DNA of 64,000 nucleotides from Syntrophales bacterium. GTDB taxonomy: Bacteria; Desulfobacterota; Syntrophia; Syntrophales; UBA5619. The position numbers were made by a program, and so were the translations under genes. Positions 37,455 to 45,201 of the stretch are shown in pieces. The stretch covers positions 207-64,206 of the forward strand of contig JAURXV010000156.1 in assembly GCA_030654195.1 (NCBI GenBank), in the 5' to 3' direction. The notes beneath the pieces were generated by a model. It was not told where the DNA came from. It ran no database searches and saw only the letters and a program-made list of their open reading frames with translations. Within the stretch, counting starts at the first letter, position 1, and each line of letters begins with the position of its first letter.

Positions 37455-39398
37455 ATGGCTTTGGATCGTGAACAGAAAGAAGGGGCCGAGGTCCTGCTGA
37501 TGGGGAACGAGGCCATCGCCCGCGGCGCCCTGGAGGCCGGGGTGCGGGTTGCCGCCGGTTACCCCGGCACGCCTTCCTCGGAGATCATCGAGACGCTTTC
37601 CCGCTTTTCGGAAGCGGGAAAGCTCTATGTAGAATGGTCCACCAACGAAAAGGTGGCCATGGAGGTCGCGGCGGCGGCCTCCTTCGCGGGGCTCCGCTCC
37701 CTCTGCGTGATGAAGCAGAACGGCGTCAACGTCGCCTCCGATTTTCTCCTCCATCTGGCCGGGTCGGGGACTCGGGGCGGGATGATTCTCGTCACCTGCG
37801 ACGATCCGGGCGCCCTCTCCAGCGTCAACGAGGGAGAATCCCGCCATTTCGCGCGGCTGATGGAGATCCCGCTGATCGAACCGGCGGACTTCCAGGAAGC
37901 CAAGGAGATGACACGTTGGGCGTTTGACCTTTCGGAGCAGATCCGGAACGTCGTCATGGTCCGCAGCGTGACCCGAATGTCGCACGCGAGCGGAAACATC
38001 GTTCTGGGAACCCTTCCGGCCTTGAAGGGAAAGGCCGAATTCCTCTGCGACGGTCCGGTGTCCGATCCCGAACGGGGGCCGGTCATCAGCGCCCCGGTCA
38101 TTGCCAAGCACCGTCTCCAGCAGGAAAAGCTTCGGAAGGCAACAGCTCTCTTTGAGGAGAGCCCCTTCAACGCCTATTCCGGTCCCGAGAAACCGGAACT
38201 CCTCATCATTACGAGCAGCGCCTGCACGCTCTACAGTAGGGAGGCCGTATCGCTGCTCCGCGCGGAGGGACGCGCGGGCATCCTCAAACTCGGGACGACG
38301 TGGCCGCTGCCGCCGGCGCTGCTGAAAAGGCATCTGCGTAGGACTCAGAAGGTCCTGATTGTCGAGGAGGTGCTCCCGTTTCTCGAAGACCAGGTGAAGA
38401 TCCTCGCCGCGGAACAGGCGCGGGAGATCGGCATCAAGACCTTTTACGGGAAGAACGACGGGGCGCTCCCGACGGTCGGGGAGCTGAATCCGGACCTTGT
38501 GGCCGCCGCCGTGGGAAGGATCCTGGGGATCGATCCGCCCGCGATTCCCGCAGAATACGGGGATAAACTCCGGAGACTCACGGAATTTCTGCCGAAGCGC
38601 GATCAGACCTTCTGTCCCGGCTGTCCGCACCGCGCCTCCTACTGGGGGATCCGCGAGGCGCTCCAGCGGGATAACCGCGGCGGTTTCGTCTGCGGAGACA
38701 TCGGCTGCTATGCGATGGCCGTCCTTTTCCAGGCGGCCGGTTTCCATACCGCAAAAACGCTTCATGCGATGGGGTCGGGGGCCGGAATCGCCTCCGGCTT
38801 TGGGAAACTGGGACCCTTCGGCATGACGCAACCGGTCCTTGCCGTCTGCGGGGATTCAACCTTCTACCACGCGGCGATCCCCGCCCTGATCAACGCGGTT
38901 CACCAGCGTGCGGACATAACTTTCATTGTCCTGGACAACAGCGGAACGGCGATGACGGGATTCCAGTCGCACCCGGGGCTTGACGTCAACGCCATGGGGG
39001 AGGCCGCGCCGATGGTCGATATCGCCGCCCTTTGCGGGGCGATGGGCGTTCCGGTGACGATCGGGGACCCCTTCGAATTAATTGAGACGAGGGAGACGCT
39101 GAACCGCCTTCTGGAAGAACCGGGGGTGAAGGTCCTCATCCTGAAGCAGTCCTGCGCCCTCTCCCCGGAGAAAAAGGGGAAGAAGCGGTTCCTGGTGCGG
39201 GTGGACGATACGCTCTGCCGGGGAGAGGCCTGCGGCTGCAATCGCCTCTGCACGAGGATTTTCCGCTGTCCCGGGCTCCTCTGGAACCGGGAGAGAAAAA
39301 GGGCCGAGATCGACGAGGTGATTTGCGCCGGCTGCGGGTTCTGCGCCGGGATCTGCCCGGCCGGGGCTATCCGAAGCGAGGAGGCGGCAAAGCCATGA
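37455..39398 (+). CDS. iorA: Indolepyruvate:ferredoxin oxidoreductase, alpha subunit
   Basis: LLMGNEAIARGALEAGV...GYPGTPSSE, TPP motif GDIGCY...GDSTFYHA, and a C-terminal 2x[4Fe-4S] region (CxxxxC...CAGCGFCAGICP). RBS GGAGGAA before ATG 37455. Confidence 0.9.
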   Translation: MALDREQKEGAEVLLMGNEAIARGALEAGVRVAAGYPGTPSSEIIETLSRFSEAGKLYVEWSTNEKVAMEVAAAASFAGLRSLCVMKQNGVNVASDFLLHLAGSGTRGGMILVTCDDPGALSSVNEGESRHFARLMEIPLIEPADFQEAKEMTRWAFDLSEQIRNVVMVRSVTRMSHASGNIVLGTLPALKGKAEFLCDGPVSDPERGPVISAPVIAKHRLQQEKLRKATALFEESPFNAYSGPEKPELLIITSSACTLYSREAVSLLRAEGRAGILKLGTTWPLPPALLKRHLRRTQKVLIVEEVLPFLEDQVKILAAEQAREIGIKTFYGKNDGALPTVGELNPDLVAAAVGRILGIDPPAIPAEYGDKLRRLTEFLPKRDQTFCPGCPHRASYWGIREALQRDNRGGFVCGDIGCYAMAVLFQAAGFHTAKTLHAMGSGAGIASGFGKLGPFGMTQPVLAVCGDSTFYHAAIPALINAVHQRADITFIVLDNSGTAMTGFQSHPGLDVNAMGEAAPMVDIAALCGAMGVPVTIGDPFELIETRETLNRLLEEPGVKVLILKQSCALSPEKKGKKRFLVRVDDTLCRGEACGCNRLCTRIFRCPGLLWNRERKRAEIDEVICAGCGFCAGICPAGAIRSEEAAKP

Positions 39399-40111
39399 GG
39401 GAGACCTTGGCGAAAGACCCGTACAATATCGTGATCACCGGCGTGGGGGGGCAGGGGAACGTCATGGCCTCCCGGGTGCTGTCGAACATGCTGGTCCGGA
39501 AGGGGTTCAAGGTGACGATTGGGGAGACCTTCGGAATGTCCCAGCGGGGCGGCTCGGTCATGAGCCATATCCGGGTTTCGTCGGCCTTCGTCTGGAGCCC
39601 TCAGATCCCGAAGGGCGGGGCCGATCTGATCGTCGCGATCGAGCCGATCGAGGCGATCCGCGTCCTTGCCGGTTACGGGAATCGGTCCGTAAAAGTGCTT
39701 GTGAACCTTCGACCCATCTATCCCGTCGGCGTGATCACCGGCGAGGAGGAATACCCGTCCGCGGAAACGATCCGCGCGACGGTCACGGCGCTGGCGGCGG
39801 AGGCGCGTTTTCTCGCTGCGACCGAGGAGGCGATCCGTATCGGCAATCCCATCCTCGGGAACATCGTCATGATCGGCGCCGTCGCGGGTCTGGGCGTTCT
39901 CCCGATCGATCGGGAGCTTTTTGAGAGGGTGATACGGGACGGGATGCCGGCCGCACGGGTGGAGGACAACCTCCGCGCCTTTGCGATCGGCGAGGCTTCC
40001 GTCGCCTTGAAATCCCCTCTCCCTCAGGGGGAGGAACAAAATTTGCGAGAACCTAACCGGACAGTGCTGGAAAATGTCAGTAAATTCTCTTGGAAAGAGG
40101 TGAAGCGATGA
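39395..40111 (+). CDS. iorB: Indolepyruvate:ferredoxin oxidoreductase, beta subunit
   Basis: NIVITGVGGQGNV...GETFGMSQRGGSV signature. ATGA overlap with the iorA stop. Confidence 0.88.
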   Translation: MRETLAKDPYNIVITGVGGQGNVMASRVLSNMLVRKGFKVTIGETFGMSQRGGSVMSHIRVSSAFVWSPQIPKGGADLIVAIEPIEAIRVLAGYGNRSVKVLVNLRPIYPVGVITGEEEYPSAETIRATVTALAAEARFLAATEEAIRIGNPILGNIVMIGAVAGLGVLPIDRELFERVIRDGMPAARVEDNLRAFAIGEASVALKSPLPQGEEQNLREPNRTVLENVSKFSWKEVKR

Positions 40112-41310
40112 AGAACACGTTCAAAGCCGTTCCTGTGACGGAGAATGTCTGGTGGGTCGGCGCCATCGACTGGAATATCCGGGATTTTCATGGTTATCAA
40201 ACGCGGCGCGGGAGCACGTATAACGCATATCTGGTCGTCGCGGACAAGGTCACGCTGATTGATACGGTCAAGACGCCTTTCCGGCAGGAAATGATGGCTC
40301 GCATCGCCTCCGTGATCGATCCGGGGAAGATCGATTACATCGTCTCCAATCACTCGGAGATGGATCACTCCGGGGCCCTCCCGGAGGTAATCGCGGCGGT
40401 GAACCCAAAGAAGGTGTTCGCCTCGGCCGTCGGCGCGAAGACGCTGAAAGAGCTTTTCCCGATCGACCGTGAGATCACGGCCGTGAAGGACGGGGAGACG
40501 CTCAGCCTCGGGAGCCGCACCCTCACGTTTCTGGAGACCCGAATGCTCCACTGGCCGGACAGCATGTTTTCCTACCTCAACGAAGAGGCGCTTCTCTTCT
40601 CCCAGGATGCCTTCGGGATGCACTACGCATCCTTGGAGCGGTTCGCCGACCAGTGCGATCCGGCAGTCCTGACCTACGAGACGGCGACCTACTACGCGAA
40701 CATCCTCCTTCCCTACTCGCCGCTGGTACTGAAGCTCATCGAGAAGGTGACGGCGGCGGGACTCTCGTTCCGGATCATCGCCCCGGATCATGGGCCGATC
40801 TGGCGGAAGGAGACCGGGGGGATCATCGGGAGTTATGCGAAATGGGCCGCGCAGAAGCCGGAGGCAAAGGCGGTTGTCGTCTATGCGACGATGTGGCGCA
40901 GCACGGAAAAGATGGCGCGCGCGATCAGCGAGGGGCTCGCGGCGGGCGGTCTTTACGTGAAACTCATGGAGATGGGTGCGGTGCACCGCAGCGACGTGGC
41001 GTATGAACTGCTTGGCGCCTCGGTTCTCGCGGTCGGTTCGCCGACGCTCAACAACCACCTGCTCCCAAACATCGCGGACATCCTGACCTATCTGAAGGGG
41101 TTGAAGCCGAAGAACCTCATCGGCGCCGCTTTCGGCTCCTACGGCTGGAGCGGGGAGGCGGTAAAGGAGATCGAGGAGGTTCTCGCGGAGATGAAGGTCG
41201 AGAAGGCGGGGGAGGGGATCCGGGTGAAGAACGTGCCGGATGCCGAGCTCCTTTCCCGCTGTTATGAACTCGGAAAAACGATGGCGGAGAAGGTTTACTC
41301 CCGCCTGTAG
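40108..41310 (+). CDS. fprA: Flavodiiron protein (FprA / rubredoxin:oxygen oxidoreductase type)
   Basis: Metallo-beta-lactamase-like diiron domain (VSNHSEMDHSG) plus a C-terminal flavodoxin domain (AVVVYATMWRSTEKMA). ATGA overlap with the iorB stop. Confidence 0.9.
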   Translation: MKNTFKAVPVTENVWWVGAIDWNIRDFHGYQTRRGSTYNAYLVVADKVTLIDTVKTPFRQEMMARIASVIDPGKIDYIVSNHSEMDHSGALPEVIAAVNPKKVFASAVGAKTLKELFPIDREITAVKDGETLSLGSRTLTFLETRMLHWPDSMFSYLNEEALLFSQDAFGMHYASLERFADQCDPAVLTYETATYYANILLPYSPLVLKLIEKVTAAGLSFRIIAPDHGPIWRKETGGIIGSYAKWAAQKPEAKAVVVYATMWRSTEKMARAISEGLAAGGLYVKLMEMGAVHRSDVAYELLGASVLAVGSPTLNNHLLPNIADILTYLKGLKPKNLIGAAFGSYGWSGEAVKEIEEVLAEMKVEKAGEGIRVKNVPDAELLSRCYELGKTMAEKVYSRL

Positions 41311-41400
41311 GGGTTGGACGGGCGGCGGCGGGGAGAACGGAAGGGCAATGCGGGAAGATTATTGTCAACATGGACCACTCAGTTGGGGAGGAGGAAGATC

Positions 41401-41559
41401 ATGGGAAGATACGTATGTAGCATATGCGGTTATGTTTATGACCCGGAGGCGGGTGATCCCGATGCGGGGGTAGCGGCGGGGGTTCCTTTTGAAAAGCTTC
41501 CCGAAGACTGGGTCTGCCCGACCTGCGGCGCCGCCAAGGATGAGTTCGCGCCGGAATAA
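41401..41559 (+). CDS. Rubredoxin
   Basis: 52 aa: [12 protein letters not shown]....[24 protein letters not shown]. Confidence 0.93.
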   Translation: MGRYVCSICGYVYDPEAGDPDAGVAAGVPFEKLPEDWVCPTCGAAKDEFAPE

Positions 41560-41612
41560 AGGGAGCAACGGTTTAATCGTGAGGGAAGAGCTTTGGAAAT
41601 CATAATCCCTTC

Positions 41613-41737
41613 GCGCGCTGGACATTTTTCGACCCTGCAACGGAAAATGGGGACAGCGCCCCTATTTTCCTGCGGCAAAATAGGGGCGCTGTCCCTAATT
41701 TTCCGGCAGGGTACCACGAAAAATCTCCAATGCGCGC
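41613..41737. repeat. Extended palindromic element of about 125 nt whose core is a GGGGACAG...TGCGGCA...CTGTCCC hairpin (41649-41695)
   Basis: The core has 19-nt perfect arms (GGGACAGCGCCCCTATTTT/AAAATAGGGGCGCTGTCCC). The outer arms GCGCGCTGGACATTTTTCGACCCTGC... and ...GCAGGGTACCACGAAAAATCTCCAATGCGCGC are imperfectly complementary. Confidence 0.85.
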
Positions 41738-41879
41738 TTCCGGGATCAAGATTTCCAAGTAACCCCCATGCCCGGCGCGGGCACAACGAAGGATGAAAAT
41801 AATCAGCAACTTGTATCTATTTTCATATAAAGGTCTCGGAGAGTCTTTTCGCTTCGCGGGCGTTTAAGGGGGATGCGTC

Positions 41880-42374
41880 ATGGAGGGAACGAAGGATGCG
41901 TTGCAGCAGGCCTATGCGGGTGAAGCCAAGGCTGCCCTGCGCCTGAAGGTGTACGCGGAAAAGGCGGAGGAGGAGGGATATCCGCAGATGGCGAAGCTCT
42001 TCCGGGTGATTGCATGGTCCGAAGAGATCCACGGGGCGAGGGCGCTGCGGGTTCTGAAGGAGATCAAAACGACGGAGGAGAACCTCGCGGAGAGCTTCCA
42101 GTCGGAGCAGGGGGTGGCGGAGGTTGCCTACGGCCGGTTCGTCAAGGAGGCCGAAGCGGAGGGAAACCAGGCAGCGGTCCTCCATTTCAGCCAGAGCCGG
42201 GATGTCGAAGAGACCCATGCGAAGCTCTACAAGGAGGCGATGAACCACCTCCTCGAGGAGCGGGAGACGACCTACCATGTTTGTCTGGTCTGCGGCTACG
42301 TCGCGGCCGGCGTTCAGCCGGAGGTCTGCCCGGTCTGCGGCGCCTCGAAAGAGAAGTTCAAGACCATGGGCTGA
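41880..42374 (+). CDS. Rubrerythrin
   Basis: Diiron four-helix motifs (E..A..RY, EE.H) plus a C-terminal rubredoxin-like CLVCGY...CPVCGA. Confidence 0.9.
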   Translation: MEGTKDALQQAYAGEAKAALRLKVYAEKAEEEGYPQMAKLFRVIAWSEEIHGARALRVLKEIKTTEENLAESFQSEQGVAEVAYGRFVKEAEAEGNQAAVLHFSQSRDVEETHAKLYKEAMNHLLEERETTYHVCLVCGYVAAGVQPEVCPVCGASKEKFKTMG

Positions 42375-42379
42375 CAAAA

Positions 42380-42448
42380 GGACTAAGTGCTGAGTGCTAA
42401 GTGCTGAGTGTTTTTCTTCTCAGTCCTCAGTCCTCAGCACTTGCTTTT
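42380..42448 (+). terminator. Heptamer-repeat hairpin, probable terminator of rubrerythrin
   Basis: GACTAAG-TGCTGAG-TGCTAAG-TGCTGAG, loop TGTTTTTCTT, then CTCAG-TCCTCAG-TCCTCAG-CACTT followed by GCTTTT. The 24-position stem has 3 mismatches and 2 G-U pairs. Confidence 0.5.
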
Positions 42449-42462
42449 ACAGGGAGCGATCG

Positions 42463-45087
42463 ATGGGAGTGAACGACCTGACGCCGGCCATGCGCCAGTA
42501 TTTGGAGGTGAAGGAACGCTACCCCGACTGTATCATCTTCTTCCGGATGGGCGACTTCTATGAGATGTTCTTCGAGGACGCCGTGACCGCATCGCGTGTT
42601 CTCGAGATCACGCTGACATCGCGGAACAAGAACCGGGAGGACGCCATCCCCCTTTGCGGTTTTCCCCACCATGCGGCATCATCCTACATCGCAAAACTGA
42701 TCGAAAAAGGGTTCAAGGTGGCCGTCTGCGAGCAGATGGAGGATCCGAAAGCCGCCAAGGGGGTGGTGAAACGGGAGGTGACCCGCGTGGTCACCCCCGG
42801 CCTTGTCCTCGACACGGAGAACCTCGATGCCAAGGAGAACAATTATCTCGCGGCGCTGGCCGTCCGGGGCGGCCGCTTCGCGCTGGCCTTCGTCGACATC
42901 TCTACCGGGGAATTCCGCGTCGCCGAGGCGGAGGAACGGGAGTTTTTCCGCGCGGAGACGGCGGGACTCCCGATCCGCGAAATTCTCGTCGCGGAGGATC
43001 TGCGGGACGACGACCTGATCCGGTCCGTCGTCGGGGAGGGGGAGCACTGTCGGATCAACCGTCTGCCGCCGGACCGTTTCGACACGGCGGCGGCCGTCGC
43101 CCTTCTGCGCGGCCATTTCCCGGAGGAAAAGCTGTCCGGAATCGCCCTCGAATCCCATCCGGCCGCGGCGGCAGCGGCCGGCGCCGTGCTTGCCTACATG
43201 ATGGAGACGCAGAAGGACCGTCTCGGCCACATCAACGAGCTCACCCGGTATGAAAGCGGCGCCCATCTGCTTCTGGACGAAGTTGCCAAACGGAACCTCG
43301 AACTCTTCAGCACGATCGCCGAGGGGAAGAAGAGCGGGTCTCTCTTCCACGTCCTCGACGAGACGGTCACCTCCCTCGGGGGGCGGAGGCTCCGCTGGTG
43401 GCTGAACCACCCGCTCTGCGACCCGATCCGGATCCGGGAGAGGCTCGCTGCAGTTTCCGAGATCCGGGAGGGGAACCTTCTGCGGGAGTCGCTCCGGGAG
43501 ATTCTGAAAGATGTCTACGATCTGGAACGCCTCGGAAGCCGGATCGCCGTCGGGCTCGCCAACGGCAGAGACCTCGCCGCCCTCCGGACGTCGCTGCTGG
43601 TTTTGCCGCGGCTCCGCGACGCGATCGCCGGGTGCGAAGCCCCTCTTCTGTGGGCGATCCGCGACGGCATCGACGAGATGCCGGACCTCCGGGTGCTGAT
43701 CGAACGCGGGATCGTGGATGAACCGCCGCTTACGATCCGCGAGGGGGGGATCATCCGGGAAGGGTATGATCCGGAGCTGGACCAACTGATTGCGATTATG
43801 CGGGACGGCAGAAAATGGATTGCCGCGTTAGAGGAGAAGGAGAGGAAGCGGACCGGAATTCACTCTCTGAAGGTCGGGTTCAACAGCGTCTTCGGGTACT
43901 ACATCGAGGTCACGAAGGCGAACGCCCGGCTGATCCCCGCTGAATACATCCGGAAGCAGACGCTGGTCAACGCGGAGCGGTACATCAACGAAGAATTGAA
44001 AGGGTACGAGGAGACGGTTCTCCATGCGGAGAAGCGGCGGCAGGCCAGGGAATACGATCTCTTCGTTGAAATCAGGGGCCGGATTGCGGGCGAGATCCGC
44101 CGGATCCAGCGGACGGCGGCGCGGATCGCCGATCTGGACGCCGTCGCGTCGCTTGCCGAGGTGGCGGAGCGCTACAACTACTGTTGCCCCGTGGTGGACA
44201 TCGAGGATGCCATCGCAATCACGGACGGCCGTCATCCGGTCGTGGAGCGCCAGGCCGGCGGGACCGGTTTCGTCCCCAATGATGTTCTGCTCGATCTGGA
44301 GAATAACCGCTTTCTGATCATCACCGGTCCCAACATGGCCGGGAAATCGACCTTCATCCGGCAGGTCGCGCTGATCGTTCTGATGGCCCAGATGGGGAGT
44401 TTCGTCCCCGCGGCTCGTGCGCGGGTCGGCGTTGTCGACCGGATCTTCACCCGCATCGGTGCGGCGGACAGCCTGGCGCGGGGGCAGAGCACCTTCATGG
44501 TCGAGATGAACGAGGTGGCGGACATCCTCCGGCATGCCACGAAACGGAGCCTCATCATCCTGGACGAGGTCGGGCGGGGAACAAGCACCTTCGACGGCCT
44601 CAGCATCGCCTGGGCGACGGCGGAATACATCCACGACGCCCCGTCGCTCGGCGCGCGGACGCTATTTGCCACCCACTATCACGAGCTGACGGAACTCACC
44701 GCCACAAAGGAAGGGGTCCGGAATTTCAACATCGCCGTCCGGGAATGGGGGGAAAAAATCATCTTCCTCCGGAAGATCATGGAGGGGGGGACCAACCGGA
44801 GTTACGGCATCCAGGTGGCGCGGCTTGCCGGGGTGCCGGCCGATGTGATCGCCCGGGCGAAGGAGATCCTCCGCAACCTGGAGAAGGGGGAGCTCGACGA
44901 GGCCGGTATGCCGAAGATCGCCCGGGGCCGGAAGACAGACCGGAAGAATGCGAATCAGCTCAGCCTTTTTACCGGGGAGCGGGATGCGGTGCTGGAGGAG
45001 ATCCGGGGCCTCGATCCGATGAACCTGACGCCGCTCGATGCGCTGCACCATCTCAGCGACTGGAAGCAGAGGCTGGAAAAGGGCTGA
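42463..45087 (+). CDS. mutS: DNA mismatch repair protein MutS
   Basis: N-terminal [11 protein letters not shown]...[11 protein letters not shown] and Walker [10 protein letters not shown], followed by STFMVEM and [12 protein letters not shown]. Confidence 0.97.
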   Translation: MGVNDLTPAMRQYLEVKERYPDCIIFFRMGDFYEMFFEDAVTASRVLEITLTSRNKNREDAIPLCGFPHHAASSYIAKLIEKGFKVAVCEQMEDPKAAKGVVKREVTRVVTPGLVLDTENLDAKENNYLAALAVRGGRFALAFVDISTGEFRVAEAEEREFFRAETAGLPIREILVAEDLRDDDLIRSVVGEGEHCRINRLPPDRFDTAAAVALLRGHFPEEKLSGIALESHPAAAAAAGAVLAYMMETQKDRLGHINELTRYESGAHLLLDEVAKRNLELFSTIAEGKKSGSLFHVLDETVTSLGGRRLRWWLNHPLCDPIRIRERLAAVSEIREGNLLRESLREILKDVYDLERLGSRIAVGLANGRDLAALRTSLLVLPRLRDAIAGCEAPLLWAIRDGIDEMPDLRVLIERGIVDEPPLTIREGGIIREGYDPELDQLIAIMRDGRKWIAALEEKERKRTGIHSLKVGFNSVFGYYIEVTKANARLIPAEYIRKQTLVNAERYINEELKGYEETVLHAEKRRQAREYDLFVEIRGRIAGEIRRIQRTAARIADLDAVASLAEVAERYNYCCPVVDIEDAIAITDGRHPVVERQAGGTGFVPNDVLLDLENNRFLIITGPNMAGKSTFIRQVALIVLMAQMGSFVPAARARVGVVDRIFTRIGAADSLARGQSTFMVEMNEVADILRHATKRSLIILDEVGRGTSTFDGLSIAWATAEYIHDAPSLGARTLFATHYHELTELTATKEGVRNFNIAVREWGEKIIFLRKIMEGGTNRSYGIQVARLAGVPADVIARAKEILRNLEKGELDEAGMPKIARGRKTDRKNANQLSLFTGERDAVLEEIRGLDPMNLTPLDALHHLSDWKQRLEKG

Positions 45088-45114
45088 TCGCGGACATCGC
45101 TTCCGCTCTGAGGC

Positions 45115-45190
45115 GTCAGGAGTGAGGAGTGAGGAGTCAGGAGTGAGGAGTGAGGAGTGTTTTTCACCTCACACCTCACTCCTCACTTTT
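45115..45190 (+). terminator. Heptamer-repeat hairpin terminator after mutS (GAGTGAG/GAGTCAG units)
   Basis: (GTCAGGA/GTGAGGA)x6, loop GTGTTTTTCA, then CCTCACA-CCTCACT-CCTCAC followed by TTTTT. Lies between the convergent mutS and gspE-like genes. Confidence 0.6.
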
Positions 45191-45201
45191 TATGGGGGGC
45201 T

